Shown here: piece by piece, positions 1-11,291 of the stretch | Numbering within the stretch: the stretch's first letter is position 1 | Layout: each line of letters begins with the position of its first letter | Assembly: GCA_965205215.1 (NCBI GenBank) | Contig: OZ242041.1 | Location: forward strand, 608,001-672,000 | DNA length: 64,000 nt | DNA from: Nitrosopumilus sp. | GTDB lineage: Archaea > Thermoproteota > Nitrososphaeria > Nitrososphaerales > Nitrosopumilaceae | Reading direction: 5' to 3' | Notes under the pieces: model-generated | Told to the model about the DNA's origin: nothing | Database searches by the model: none | The model's input: only the letters and a program-made list of their open reading frames with translations | Position numbers and translations under genes: made by a program

Positions 1-390
1 ACCGATACTGCGGTATGCATATTTTTGTTTGTCCAAAAATGGGTAGAGCAAAAACCGCCATTTTCAGCACATAAGATCTTCCAAGTGCTTAGATCGCTTG
101 TTAGTATATTGCCCAATGAGTTTCAAGCACAACATACTGAAAAAAATGTTAGACAGGCACTTGAGAATCTAGTTGCGAGAGGTTTCGTAACCCGCTGCGA
201 TGGCACAGATGTAAAAACACCCTCTGGCAGGCCACCTGCTGCCCGTTATGAAATCAACAGTATGTCAGATGTTCGTAAAGGAATCCGTCAGAAGCTTAGA
301 AATTATGAAGCTGCTGTTTTAAGCGCTATTGAACCATTGGAGGAATATGAAGAGGGAGCTGGATTGCGACGCAATAACGGTGAAAAATAA
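1..390 (+). CDS. winged-HTH protein, probably 5'-truncated by the window edge
   Basis: The frame is open from base 1. 'NVRQALENLVARGFVTR...GRPPAARY' fits a wHTH recognition helix and wing. Confidence 0.55.
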   Translation, partial: TDTAVCIFLFVQKWVEQKPPFSAHKIFQVLRSLVSILPNEFQAQHTEKNVRQALENLVARGFVTRCDGTDVKTPSGRPPAARYEINSMSDVRKGIRQKLRNYEAAVLSAIEPLEEYEEGAGLRRNNGEK

Positions 391-822
391 TTGATGAATG
401 AATTGTTCATCATATTTGAAATTATATCGAATTTTAACGATGGACTTAGAGGCAAAACAAGACTTCAAAAATTGGTGTTTCTTACACAAACTCAGTGCGC
501 TGTCCCTCTTAACTATGATTTTGAGCCTGCTCCCTTAGGACCGCTTTCTAGTGCCGTGAATCGTTACGTTTCTAATCTTGAGGAGTTAGAACTTGTCGAA
601 GAGAGCATCGAAAAAACACCATCTGGTAATAATGTTTTTTGCTACACTTTGACTGAATTTGGAAAAACAATTTTGCATGCAGAAAAAATGCATAGAGATG
701 CAGAAGATATTGAAGATGCAGTTGCATGTGTTTGTCGCGAATACGGAGACATGTCATATGTGAACTTGCTAAATTATGTCCATGAAAAATATCCAGCTTA
801 TCACATTAAAGGAATAATGTGA
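391..822 (+). CDS. Panacea/SocA/YwgA-like antitoxin-domain protein
   Basis: Motifs 'GKTRLQKLVFL', 'FEPAPLGPLS' and 'LLNYVHEKYP'. Confidence 0.7.
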   Translation: MMNELFIIFEIISNFNDGLRGKTRLQKLVFLTQTQCAVPLNYDFEPAPLGPLSSAVNRYVSNLEELELVEESIEKTPSGNNVFCYTLTEFGKTILHAEKMHRDAEDIEDAVACVCREYGDMSYVNLLNYVHEKYPAYHIKGIM

Positions 823-1109
823 CTGGATTGAAAAGTTATCGTGACCTGAAATGTGCTGGAAAATGAGTGACCTACAGACGGGATCTGATCTTCCTTGGCA
901 AGTGTCAACGGACTACTGCCGCTTGACAGATTCGAGTTTTGTACGTTATCGTGTAAACGGGCACAAGATCGCATGCCCGCCACCGTTGTGCCCTTAGTGA
1001 TGCGACTCGTTTCACATCAGCTAGTATGGGATACCATGTGGTAAATACTTTGAGTCTGTAACTCTGTCTCTTAATTCGTCCTGCGCACGTTGACAGAGAC
1101 CGCCTCGAT

Positions 1110-1718
1110 CTACTCCTTGTATCTCCGGTAGAGATCCCACGCGAGGGCTTCTAAGGCCTGCCATACGTCGTCCTGCAGGTCATTCTTGAGCTGGTCAAGC
1201 AGGCGCCGCACAGTCTTTAACGTGCTGGTGTCCACGTGAAAGGACAGGTCTCCAAGATCACCAGGTTCCAGCTCTGCGTCAAGCTTGCCTATCTTCTCAA
1301 AATATGCGGTAAACGTGCTCCAAGAAACCAAGTCCGGCTTCTCCTTTGCCGCCTTCTTGCATTGGTCTAGCAGACAGTCTCCCGCTACCTTGCTTGCCTT
1401 GTCGACATACGCAAAGAACAGCTTTCCTTCCTCTTTCCGGATATCTTCGATGTTGACCTTCGCCGAGTAAACCACTATCGGGGTTCGCGTAATACGAAGG
1501 CTTCTTCTCAGATCGTCGATCAACCGGTACCCTGTTTTGTCTGAGTCTTTTATCGACACGTCAGTAACTATGACATCAAAGCTGGTGTCTATCTTCTCGT
1601 CTAGCTCTTTCTGGGTCGAGCACCACGTCACCTCAAAGTCGTCTTCTAGCGAATCCTTGATCAGGTCGGCGGTGTTTTCATCGTCGTCAAACAGAAGCAG
1701 TCTGGGCTTGTCGCTCAT
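1110..1718 (-). CDS. response regulator (receiver domain plus helical C-terminus)
   Basis: 'LLLFDDD', phosphoacceptor in 'IVTDV', 'VVYSA' and 'YVDK'. It lies directly downstream of the kinase gene. Confidence 0.85.
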   Translation of the reverse strand: MSDKPRLLLFDDDENTADLIKDSLEDDFEVTWCSTQKELDEKIDTSFDVIVTDVSIKDSDKTGYRLIDDLRRSLRITRTPIVVYSAKVNIEDIRKEEGKLFFAYVDKASKVAGDCLLDQCKKAAKEKPDLVSWSTFTAYFEKIGKLDAELEPGDLGDLSFHVDTSTLKTVRRLLDQLKNDLQDDVWQALEALAWDLYRRYKE

Positions 1719-1719
1719 T

Positions 1720-3942
1720 TCACTTGCCCCTCAGACTCTCAAGCGGTATGAGTATTTGAATGGTGGTTTCTCCCTCCCCGGGGCTGCTTTTTTCGTACGT
1801 GCTTGAGCTTACCTTCACGGTTCCCTTGCAGTCGTCTTCCACAATCTCCCTGACGATGGTGGTGCCCATGCCGGTGCCGTCGTCCCCGCCGGTTTTTGAT
1901 GTGGAGTAGAACGGATCAAATATTTTGTCAAAGTTGTCCTCCGGGATCCCCACGCCGTTGTCGTACACTTCTATCTTCAGGTCAAATTCGCGCTTCTCGA
2001 ACAGTATTCTTATGTGCTTCTTCTTGCGCTGGACCCTGGTTAGCGCCTTGATCGAGTTTGCCATGAGGTTTATCACTATCGACTCCCAGGATGCGCGGTT
2101 CATGTACAGGCCGTCCAAGCTTCCGGAGCCGACGCGTACCTCGACATCTATGGACGCGGACTGCAAAACGTCCCTGAACCCCTCCTTGAACCTTTCCACC
2201 GACTCCCTGAATTTTATCACCTCCCTTCCCCGTCTTGTTCCCTCCGGGCCGCTAAACAGGGAGGCAAACTCCCGTATGTATGAGTTGAGGTCGATCATGG
2301 TCGAGACGTCGTCTATCGTTTTACGTACATAGTTCTGTTTTTTGGCGTCGTCCCATGCGGGCCACTTGCCGGCCAACATTCGCTGCCTTTGGTTGATTCT
2401 GCCGATTATCTGAAGGGCCTCGTGGTGGAACGCCAAGGCGGATATTCCAAGCGAGGCCAAGTTCCGATACATCTCCAGGTTTGTCGTGACCCTGCTTATG
2501 GCCTCCGTTGTTTCCTTCGCTTGGATCTCGATCTGTTTTTTGACCTCCGCCGCCTGCTGTATCAGTATGGACTTCTCATCGTCTTTGATGTCCGCGCCCT
2601 CTACGTGGTCAAGAAAGTGCCCGAGTGTCGACTGTGCCTTTGCAATCGCCATGATTTTGGGCCTGCTTTCCTGCCGCCGATCATCATACTCCCTCCTGTA
2701 GTCCTCAAGTTCGTTTAGGATCTCTTTCACTAGTCGGTTCTTCAGGAATCTGAACGCCTCGTTCTGGATCAGCCCCTCCCTCGTAGTGGTCTCCACGATG
2801 TCCGGGTTCTTCGCCCGGGTTAGAAAGACATACCCCATGACGTTCCTGTTCCTTACATTTCCCCCCATTTGGCGCAGGTACCTCTTGTCAAGCCCTATCC
2901 AGTCGTCCCCCTTCTTCCCGTACGGCATGATCCTGACGCCGTCGTTGAAGATCTTGACTCCGCAGTTTTCTTCGAGCTGGTCGTCAAGCTCCTTTCCCCT
3001 CCTCACGGATTTGGGCGCCCACTGCCTTGCTCTACCTTCGAAAACCAAGAGGACGACTTTTGCATCCCCGCACGTCTCGCTGCCCACGTCAATGGATTTC
3101 CGGTGTTTCGCCCTGTCGCTCAGGTCTGACGCGGGTTTTCGCTCATCGTCCCCGCTCGCCCGGTGGTAGATCTGGCAGTTCACCTTCCTTCCGATGAGCT
3201 GCGCCCGGATCTCCCACGGCGCGTATTTTTCCACGACGCTCTCGATCTTGGTCCTTTTTGGATCAAACCCGTGTGGCACGATCTTTACGTCAAATGAGTT
3301 GCCATCAGACTGCCTCATGACTGCGGGCGACACGAGCGTCCCTGCATTCACCACTATGTCATCAATGTCTTTTAAGGTCCACTGGTCCTTCAGATCGGTG
3401 ATCTCGATCCTAAACCCGTGTCCACCTCCAGCATCATCCAGCGTTCTCAGCTTGTTGGGAATGGACTCGAAGTCTCTTCCGGCCACGTACTGGTTCCAGT
3501 CTATCGTAAGCTCGATTGCGCCGTGCGGATGGTCGGACTTTGCCCTTCCGGCGTATTCTCTGGGATGAGACGTGATCTTTACTGCGTTGCCCAGCCGCTG
3601 TGACGCGAACCGCCCCATTCCCTTCTCTCCAGCCACCCGCCTCCCCAGTATGGGGGAGTGCTTTTCTCGCTCCTTGTGCGACGTGGCGACCCGCATCCAC
3701 TTGTCCCTGAAGTCCTCAACCGTCATCCCTATCCCGGAATCTTCGATCACGATTTTTTTCATAGATATGCTCTCCCCCACTTGGCCGTCCGCATGAAAGT
3801 GTACGCTGCACTCTAGGGCATCCGCGTCAAAGGAGTTCTTGATCAGCTCTAGGATCGCTTGCACGTTGGAGGAGACCGACTGCTCTCCTATGTTCATGGC
3901 AAGCTTTGCGTCAAATGAGTGATACAGCTCCATCTCGGCCAT
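1720..3942 (-). CDS. MORC/GHKL ATPase fused to a histidine kinase
   Basis: N-terminal GHKL motifs: 'ELIKNSFDADA', 'DSGIGM', 'GEKGMGRFA'. C-terminal kinase motifs: H-box 'FHHEA', N-box 'NLMANSIKA', 'DNGVGI', 'IFDPFYST', 'GTGMG'. Confidence 0.9.
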   Translation of the reverse strand: MAEMELYHSFDAKLAMNIGEQSVSSNVQAILELIKNSFDADALECSVHFHADGQVGESISMKKIVIEDSGIGMTVEDFRDKWMRVATSHKEREKHSPILGRRVAGEKGMGRFASQRLGNAVKITSHPREYAGRAKSDHPHGAIELTIDWNQYVAGRDFESIPNKLRTLDDAGGGHGFRIEITDLKDQWTLKDIDDIVVNAGTLVSPAVMRQSDGNSFDVKIVPHGFDPKRTKIESVVEKYAPWEIRAQLIGRKVNCQIYHRASGDDERKPASDLSDRAKHRKSIDVGSETCGDAKVVLLVFEGRARQWAPKSVRRGKELDDQLEENCGVKIFNDGVRIMPYGKKGDDWIGLDKRYLRQMGGNVRNRNVMGYVFLTRAKNPDIVETTTREGLIQNEAFRFLKNRLVKEILNELEDYRREYDDRRQESRPKIMAIAKAQSTLGHFLDHVEGADIKDDEKSILIQQAAEVKKQIEIQAKETTEAISRVTTNLEMYRNLASLGISALAFHHEALQIIGRINQRQRMLAGKWPAWDDAKKQNYVRKTIDDVSTMIDLNSYIREFASLFSGPEGTRRGREVIKFRESVERFKEGFRDVLQSASIDVEVRVGSGSLDGLYMNRASWESIVINLMANSIKALTRVQRKKKHIRILFEKREFDLKIEVYDNGVGIPEDNFDKIFDPFYSTSKTGGDDGTGMGTTIVREIVEDDCKGTVKVSSSTYEKSSPGEGETTIQILIPLESLRGK

Positions 3943-4063
3943 TTCAGATCATCCTGCCCACGTCGGGGCCGCCTGCGTCTCTGTCAACTGGCTTGCGGTT
4001 CATCACATTCGGGAATCTCTTGTGGTATTTAAAACAAAAAACCCGGACGGTTTTCTCGGATGG

Positions 4064-4750
4064 TTATCCGGTTTCCAAATATATTCGGTGGATCGTGTTT
4101 CTAAGGGGCAGGAACCCCCTGTATGACTTCCTGTCTTTGTAGATTGTGGCTTCGAGTAAATCGCCGTCTAGGAGCTGCTTCAGGCCTTGCATGACGGTTG
4201 AGAATTCGGCGTTACGATCTTCCTGGCACATCTCGATCTCGGCTATGCGCTCTATCTGCGCCATTGCAATCCCCCGTGATTGCTCCGACAGTGTTTTGGT
4301 GTTTTTGTGCTGTTTCAAGCTGGCAAGCGCCACATTCATCGGATACGAGAGGATCGACTCCTTTATGCGGAACAAGGCTACTATCTCTCTTAATTTTAGT
4401 TTGCGCCTCCGCCTATCGTACAGGCTGTCCAACTCCCTTATCTTTTCAGATATCTGGATCCTTCTGATGGCGTCGCCCAATACGGACATCTGGTCTTCCT
4501 TGACGGGTTTCACTTTGGATGTTTTTCCTTTCCCTCCACCGCGAACGTATGTCCAGTCCCTGCCCTCGCCGTCCACAATGATCTGGTAGATCTTGTCCCT
4601 GCCGGGGGGCTTTTCATCCCTCGGCCTGCTTCCAAGCCGCCTGCCCTCCCTGCGAGAGATCCTTTCAATGTCCCTGACGGACATCCCGTGCGGATGCTTG
4701 GCAACCGCGTCCCTTACCCACTTGTAATCGTCTTCGGAATACTTAGTCAC
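4064..4750 (-). CDS. hypothetical protein, possible N-terminal HTH
   Basis: 228-aa ORF in the same orientation as the kinase operon; 'GMSVRDIERIS' is HTH-like. Confidence 0.55.
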   Translation of the reverse strand: MTKYSEDDYKWVRDAVAKHPHGMSVRDIERISRREGRRLGSRPRDEKPPGRDKIYQIIVDGEGRDWTYVRGGGKGKTSKVKPVKEDQMSVLGDAIRRIQISEKIRELDSLYDRRRRKLKLREIVALFRIKESILSYPMNVALASLKQHKNTKTLSEQSRGIAMAQIERIAEIEMCQEDRNAEFSTVMQGLKQLLDGDLLEATIYKDRKSYRGFLPLRNTIHRIYLETG

Positions 4751-4844
4751 GAGCGTTTGCCGTGCGGTGCCCTATATCATAGTTACCGTACGGAATTTCC
4801 GTACGATATGGGGGAGTTATAAGCGAACCTGTCACACATGCAAC

Positions 4845-5228
4845 ATGCAGGAAAGCAAAGAGACAGAGGTTCGGTCGAGGCAGGGGCGCTTCACGGTAGA
4901 AATTACCGACTTTGCCTTGAAAGGTCTTAAGAAGATCGCCAGAAGAAACAGCGGGATCAGGGATGAAGTTGATCGCATCATGAAGAGGATCTCGCGCGAT
5001 CCGGAAATTGGGCAGGAGCTTACCTCGGATCTATTCGGAATGAGGGCGATGAAATCAGCAGACGGGAAATACAGGATCGTCTACAAGCTTGAAAGCGCGA
5101 GGCACGGGGTCGTTGTGCATGCGGTCGGAGGCAGAAATCGCGTCTACGACGATCTGGCGAGGATGCTCAACAGGGTCATGCCGTATACTGGAAACAGGTT
5201 TTTTGGCAGGCGGCAAGGCAAGAAATGA
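4845..5228 (+). CDS. RelE/ParE-family toxin
   Basis: 'FTVEITDFALKGLKKI...GQELTSDLFGMR...KYRIVY...VHAVGGR'. The ATG at 4845 follows a TTATAA box. Confidence 0.8.
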   Translation: MQESKETEVRSRQGRFTVEITDFALKGLKKIARRNSGIRDEVDRIMKRISRDPEIGQELTSDLFGMRAMKSADGKYRIVYKLESARHGVVVHAVGGRNRVYDDLARMLNRVMPYTGNRFFGRRQGKK

Positions 5229-5401
5229 TGATCAGGATCATCCCGCCCAAGATACGGCAGTGTTGCGTTAAATCTGCGCGATCCGGTCCTACCGGTTGAA
5301 TTCCAGTGTACACGTTGCCGTCTGTTCAACCAAGTCAAAAGCCACGGACTGCGAACGGGTCTCCACGACCGCATGCGGAGTCGTCTCATGCGGCTTGTCG
5401 G

Positions 5402-6421
5402 TTACAAACCCGATCGTTTCTTGGGCCGCCTCTTCGTCGGCAGAAACTCCGTCAGCACGATCCTCCGTTTGGGGCTCTTGAGCTGTGACGCGATGGCTGC
5501 GGCGACCGCCTCCACCACCGGCGGCACCACGGCGTTGCCAAACTGCCTGTATGCCTGTGCGTCGGACACCGGGATCTTAAAGTCCCCCGGGAAGCCCATC
5601 AGCCTGGCGCACTCCCTCGGTGTGAGCCTGCGCGGGTTCTTGTTTTTCTGCGCAATCAGGATCTCGGATCCGTCCTTGTAGTATCTGGCGCTGAGGGTGC
5701 GCGACACGCCGCCCCTGTCGGCTATCCCGTAGGTGAATCCGTTTCCTTTCTTCTTGCTGTTGACCGCGTGCCTCTGAAGGGTGCGCCAGAGGTTGTCCCC
5801 TAGCGTGTATTTTCCCCTCACCCTCCTGCTGAGGATGTCCCGGAACTTTGGCCCGAGGTCGGGCATGTCGGGGAATTCGAACTCGGTCGGGCTGGCAAAG
5901 CCGGCTATGAATATCCTTTCCCTGTGCTGGGGCACTACGGTCCTTGCGTCTATGACCTTGTGGTGTACGTCGTATCCCAGCCCCCTCAGGGACCTCATTA
6001 TGACCTTGAAGGTGTTGCCCCCGTCGTGCGACTTGAGGTTTTTTACGTTCTCAAGCAGGAACGCGCGAGGCCTCTTTTCCCTGATTATCCTTACCACGTC
6101 GAAGAACAGCGTTCCCTGCGTCTCGTCCTCAAAGCCGTCGGGCATGTTGAGGCTGCGCTTCTTGGACACCCCCGCTATCGAGAACGGCTGGCACGGGAAG
6201 CCGGCGACCAGCACGTCATGATCAGGTATGTCGGAGGCGTCGACCTTCGTTATGTCGCCCTCTGGGACGTCCCCAAAGTTGGCCTCGTACGTCTGCGCCG
6301 AGAACTTGTTCCATTCTGACGTATAGACGCATCTGCCCCCCGCGCGCTCGAACGCTATGCGCATGCCGCCGATCCCCGCAAACAGATCTATGAATTTGAA
6401 CGAGTTCTTGGCGCGCCGCAT
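5402..6421 (-). CDS. dcm: DNA (cytosine-5) methyltransferase, Dcm/EcoRII-like
   Basis: Motifs [24 protein letters not shown] and FGNAV. The target-recognition segment '[16 protein letters not shown]' resembles Dcm-type enzymes. Confidence 0.93.
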   Translation of the reverse strand: MRRAKNSFKFIDLFAGIGGMRIAFERAGGRCVYTSEWNKFSAQTYEANFGDVPEGDITKVDASDIPDHDVLVAGFPCQPFSIAGVSKKRSLNMPDGFEDETQGTLFFDVVRIIREKRPRAFLLENVKNLKSHDGGNTFKVIMRSLRGLGYDVHHKVIDARTVVPQHRERIFIAGFASPTEFEFPDMPDLGPKFRDILSRRVRGKYTLGDNLWRTLQRHAVNSKKKGNGFTYGIADRGGVSRTLSARYYKDGSEILIAQKNKNPRRLTPRECARLMGFPGDFKIPVSDAQAYRQFGNAVVPPVVEAVAAAIASQLKSPKRRIVLTEFLPTKRRPKKRSGL

Positions 6422-6479
6422 GTGTCGTCTGCTATATTGGGCACTACAGGGTTATTATGGATTTCTCCGGCCGTCGTGG

Positions 6480-7583
6480 TCAATCCGGCGCTCGGAATCT
6501 ATCGCGATGCAGGCCGCCGTAGCCGGATGCAATCTCCTTGACCCGGTCGGGCAGGCTGTCGGCCCTCCGGAGGCTGTTCTCGTCAAACGTGGACTCGGTA
6601 ACTTGGTCGAATGCTCCGTACGGGACGCGCACCGTCTGCGTGTCGGATCCTCCCATTCCGATTCCTCCCCGCACCAGATTCCAGGACGACTTCATCAGTA
6701 TGTCCGAGAGCATTGCGTACTTCCACTCCACGAATTTCCCATTCTCGTCAGTTTCCCGGACTATGTAGAAGGCGTCGGTGTCGTTTGGGAGGCACAGCCG
6801 TAGCAGCATCATGATCCTGCCTGCGTCTATTCCAAAGTATTCCTTGTCCCCCCGATTGTTCGTGGCCGGGAACTTTTCCTTGACCTCCACGGGAAAGACG
6901 TGTTTTTGCGACTTTGATATTATGAACGCGTCCACGTCGTAGGGGTCGTTGGTGGGTTTCTTCAGTATGGATTTCATATAGCCTATGTAAAAAAGCTCGT
7001 TAAGCAGCATCGCGCCCAGCCGGCTTTCCGGCATCTCTGCAAACAGCTTGACCAGCTCGTCGTTGTCCCATTTCTTCTTCTTGTAGACCACCCTGCCACG
7101 GCTTCCCCACGTAGAGAACAGATCCTCCCCGGGCACGATCACAAGCCTCTCGTTCTTGTAGAGCAGCATCCTCCAGTCCATTCCGGAATAGTCCCTGCGC
7201 AGGATGGCCTCCACATCAATGCTGCCGGATCTGGCAAACGCGTACGAGACGCCAACTCCGGCGTTGTCCAAGAACTCGGCCGTGGCGTAGAACGGGACGG
7301 CCCTGTGGCCCAGCATGTCCTCCGGATCCACTTCGCGGCCTTTTGTTGCGAACTGCTCCCCGTGGACGAAGGTGGCCATGCGGAACTTGTAAAAGTCCTC
7401 GGACTTTGGGCTTGTCAGCCAGCACCCGTTGGCCATCTTGCCCCGGTGCCTGCGGAACCTGCCGGAATCAAACTCCCGTACAAGGAACTCTTGTGCCAGC
7501 AGGCCGCGCGCCTTTCTTGAGTTCCACACCATCTGAAAGTAATCTATGCAACGTTGCCTCCAGTTCCCGCCGCGCCCATCCAT
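6480..7583 (-). CDS. putative type II restriction endonuclease (PD-(D/E)xK)
   Basis: 'PYDVDAF...PVEVKEK' motif; located between the methyltransferase and vsr. Confidence 0.65.
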   Translation of the reverse strand: MDGRGGNWRQRCIDYFQMVWNSRKARGLLAQEFLVREFDSGRFRRHRGKMANGCWLTSPKSEDFYKFRMATFVHGEQFATKGREVDPEDMLGHRAVPFYATAEFLDNAGVGVSYAFARSGSIDVEAILRRDYSGMDWRMLLYKNERLVIVPGEDLFSTWGSRGRVVYKKKKWDNDELVKLFAEMPESRLGAMLLNELFYIGYMKSILKKPTNDPYDVDAFIISKSQKHVFPVEVKEKFPATNNRGDKEYFGIDAGRIMMLLRLCLPNDTDAFYIVRETDENGKFVEWKYAMLSDILMKSSWNLVRGGIGMGGSDTQTVRVPYGAFDQVTESTFDENSLRRADSLPDRVKEIASGYGGLHRDRFRAPD

Positions 7584-7972
7584 GCCACAGTGTATGCGCG
7601 CAGGCTCGTATTTTACAGTTGGGTGATCGACTCGCTCACGTCACGCGGCCTACCGGCTGAGTCCTAGATATGACTGTGTGGTGGTCTCCAAGCGCGTACG
7701 TATGATCGTCGATCTCTGCAATGATGATCCTGTCGTTTTACAAGAACCTGTGCCTCGCGCCAGTTCCTGCCATGATCCCGTCTTGCGGTAGATATTAATC
7801 CAAAACTCTCTTGTCTAGTGTGTGGTGGAGGGAAGCACCCGGCCCAAGGGGAAAACCCACCGCATCTTTTTCGACGTATCAGTAACAATTCTTTACCCGT
7901 GACCTAGCGCCCTTGAATGTCCCCCTAACATCCTAAGTTGCCCTTATAGCATCCAGTCAGAAAGCTTTGCCA

Positions 7973-8413
7973 TTACCGCATGAACCGGATTATCCGGTTC
8001 AGGCATACATGTGGTCTCTTCTCTATGTCGTGCTCCCACAGCCGTATGACAGCGTAACCCTCGCGCCTCAGTTTTCTAGACACCTTCCGGTCGCGCCTCA
8101 TGTTGCTCTCGATCTTGTCCCTCCAAAACTGTTTGAGCGACCCACACCTTTCCTCGTATCTGTAACCGTGCCAAAAGTCTCCGTCACAGAAGACCAGCGT
8201 CATCTTCCCGACCAGAAAGTCCGGGCTGCCGTAGATCTTCGGGTGCTGTCTGAACCGGATCTTGTTTGACTGGAGCAATCTGCGGGTCTTTATCTCGATG
8301 CCGGTGTTCTTGCCGCGTATCCTCGACATAATCCAGCTCCGTTTTTCCTTCGAGAAGATGTCGGTCACGTAACTGGATGTCACAAGCTTTGCTTTAGGGA
8401 TATCGTCGGACAC
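7973..8413 (-). CDS. vsr: very-short-patch repair endonuclease
   Basis: 'KRSWIMSRIRGKNTGIE', 'GSPDF', 'FCDGDFWHG', 'RLWEH'. The true start may be slightly downstream. Confidence 0.93.
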   Translation of the reverse strand: MSDDIPKAKLVTSSYVTDIFSKEKRSWIMSRIRGKNTGIEIKTRRLLQSNKIRFRQHPKIYGSPDFLVGKMTLVFCDGDFWHGYRYEERCGSLKQFWRDKIESNMRRDRKVSRKLRREGYAVIRLWEHDIEKRPHVCLNRIIRFMR

Positions 8414-9019
8414 CGATCTAGCAAATGTGCCGTCTCCCGGTTCGAGAAAACTCGGTTGATGACGGTTTATCCGTATTGGACAATTCTAGGCTAATCCAGA
8501 CGTATGTCTAGATCTTGTCACCCTGCATGACCAATTGAAGTCTTTTTGAGTTGCCAAGCTTGGTAAGAATCGATAGGGATAGACATCATGTCGGTGCACG
8601 ACTCGACCTTGTGCTGGGCTGCGACAGATGGATCAGGCTCATGCAGAATGCGGCCATCGGCACTGCCACTTGGCTCAGCGTATGGCAGCATAGCCAGCTT
8701 GCCGCAACAGGCCGACAAGCAAGAGACTCTCCCCTTGCCACTTTCGTATACGTCTGTCTGTTTCTCTACTGCGCAGTATCGTATCCTGCACGAGTCTAGG
8801 GTGTTACTATGCGGATTCATGATCTTGGGCCCCCAAATCTCCGCCGCACATTCATATGAGTACCCATCACCACATTCTCAAGAAAATCTTGCGCTGCGCC
8901 TTCATTGCATACTAGTGACCAAGTTTGCTTATTGCACCTAGGGTGCGTCTAGCAACTTTTGGATAAAACCAATGAGGGTATAAAAAGAAGCCAGAATGCT
9001 CGAAAAGTAGCATTGAAGT

Positions 9020-9349
9020 CTAGTTTTGATTTCGTGGAATAGGTTTTACGCATGAAAGGTTAGGTTCAAGCGCGTATTGCGATCCTACTGGCGTAAAACC
9101 TAACCTATTCCGTCCTATACTTGTATTATTATTGTAACCTTTTCTATTGCCAACAACAATACAATTAATTTTAGCATCATAGTGCTTTCCTCCCGGGTAT
9201 ATTTTACCCACTTTTATCACACCCAATTCGAGATTGGATTCTACTATAGTCAGTAGTTTTTGTTTACTGACTTCCCTCTTCATTCCCCATTTGGATCCAT
9301 ATATTTCACGCCTCCTTACGTGTTTGGATCCCATAGTATAGTATTGCAC
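9020..9349 (-). CDS. hypothetical protein (AT-rich)
   Basis: 109-aa ORF with a TATA-rich upstream region; no recognisable motif. Confidence 0.35.
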   Translation of the reverse strand: MQYYTMGSKHVRRREIYGSKWGMKREVSKQKLLTIVESNLELGVIKVGKIYPGGKHYDAKINCIVVGNRKGYNNNTSIGRNRLGFTPVGSQYALEPNLSCVKPIPRNQN

Positions 9350-10220
9350 TCACATATATATAAAATATAGCACGCGAGAGGGGAGGGTTGGTGTGCATGA
9401 ATCCCAAAAACGGCCCAGACGTAGGGCCCTCCGCAATTTATTTCACGACATCGGCCGATCCAGACACGTACGCTCATGTTTATTGAAATTATATAAACAT
9501 ACTAGAAGCGAATATAAGATTGTGTTTCAATGGATGTGAAACGCTCAAACCATCAAGACAGTGGACTACTTGGTGGCGCTTACAAATGTGGCGCGACAGA
9601 TCCGAAAAAACCCGAAGGCGGGAGGTGTGGGACGTGACGGCCGCCCACAGGAGACAGGAAGGATGCCAGAAGCACTACGAGCGTGTGAATGCGAGGGACA
9701 CGAAGCATCTAGTGAGGGGCGTTAGCGCTCACGGTTCCCAGTAGCGCCGACGACACGTCCGCGCTTCCGGCATGCCCAAGAAGATCCGGCGAGCGGGATT
9801 TGACCCCCCCGGGCGTCGGTTCAATGTGGACAGGACGTATTACTCGAACCTCAACTGCGATAGGATGTTTGAGATGGGATGATCCACAATATCGAGCAGC
9901 GCGGATCAACTCCTGACGGCTCGACAGGGGGCGGAACATTGTGTGGAATGGCAGGGTGCTGGGCCGACTCAGGTGCGCAAACGAGCTCTGCATACCAATA
10001 TCGCCCTACGGTAGGACATCCGCCACATGAGGCGTCGGTTCAGGCGGCGTTTACGGGCCAAAAAACCTGCGTATGTGAACGCATACGTATTGGACAGCGG
10101 CCAAAACAGATGGATTTTGATGATTTATGCCCCGACTTTCCGCGCAGTGAGGGGATTTACCAGATGGTTTGACTGTGGTGTCCAAGAAACATGTTTTAGA
10201 GGGAGGCATACTTCACGTGT

Positions 10221-11291
10221 ATGGCACGTAGGGCAAACCCCCCACCGGCAGCAGTAGATCTGTTTTGTGGTGCAGGCGGGCTTTCGTATGGCATGCAACA
10301 GGCGGGTATCACTATATGTGGTGGCATAGACATAGATCCTGCGTGCAGGCACCCATTCGAAACAAACGTTGGCGCTAGATTTCACAGGATGGATGCCAAG
10401 GATCTAACCCCCGAATTCATACTGCCCATGTTTCCACGCGGCGCGCCTAAGATTCTTGCAGGATGCGCCCCCTGCCAACCGTTTTCGTCGTATGCCCGGC
10501 GCACGGAAAAAGACAGGTGGAAACTGCTCTCAAAGTTCGGTGAGCTGGTGGAGCAAGTACGGCCCGACGTCGTCACCATGGAAAACGTCCCAGGGCTTGC
10601 CAGATATCCAATATTTGCAAGGTATGTGAAGATATTAGAGAGATCCGGGTATGACTGCTGGCATTCTGTCATTGAATGTGCCGCGTATGGGATACCGCAG
10701 ACGAGGAAGCGTCTCGTCCTGCTCGCCTCGCGGCTAGGCCCTATAGCGATGCTGCCGCCGACTCACGCACCCGGCTCTCATGTGACTGTGATGGACACAA
10801 TAGGGAGCCTAGAACGCATCAAAGCCGGCGGAACATCGGATTCAGACCGCCTGCACAGATCCAGCACGCTGTCAGAAAAAAACATGGAGCGCATCAAATG
10901 CTCCGTTCCCGGTGGGACATGGAAAGGATGGAATCCTAAGCTCAGGGCAGCATGCCATATTAGGGAGACAGGCAAAACGTACCGTAACGTGTACGGAAGG
11001 ATGGAATGGAACTCTCTTGGACCAACAATAACCACACAGTTCAACGGGTTCGGTAACGGCCGGTTTGGACACCCGGAGCAACATCGCGCCATCTCGCTTC
11101 GCGAAGGTGCCCTGCTACAGACGTTCCCGCCTGACTACTCGTTCGTGCCAGAGGGAGGCGAGATCGAAATTAACACCGTGGCCAGAATGATAGGCAACGC
11201 AGTTCCTGTCAAGCTTGGCGAGGCCATAGGAGAGAGCATAGCAGCGCACCTAGAATTGGCAACAGAAGGACGTGGATGCAATAGCTCCTAA
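10221..11291 (+). CDS. DNA (cytosine-5) methyltransferase (HgiDII-like system)
   Basis: Motifs DLFCGAGG, GCAPCQPFS, ENV, QTRKR and IGNAVP. Confidence 0.93.
   Translation: MARRANPPPAAVDLFCGAGGLSYGMQQAGITICGGIDIDPACRHPFETNVGARFHRMDAKDLTPEFILPMFPRGAPKILAGCAPCQPFSSYARRTEKDRWKLLSKFGELVEQVRPDVVTMENVPGLARYPIFARYVKILERSGYDCWHSVIECAAYGIPQTRKRLVLLASRLGPIAMLPPTHAPGSHVTVMDTIGSLERIKAGGTSDSDRLHRSSTLSEKNMERIKCSVPGGTWKGWNPKLRAACHIRETGKTYRNVYGRMEWNSLGPTITTQFNGFGNGRFGHPEQHRAISLREGALLQTFPPDYSFVPEGGEIEINTVARMIGNAVPVKLGEAIGESIAAHLELATEGRGCNSS

Noticed and set aside
8450-10200. several short ORFs between vsr and the second methyltransferase
   Set aside because: No recognisable motifs; probably decayed or non-coding. 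Only the 109-aa ORF was tentatively kept.
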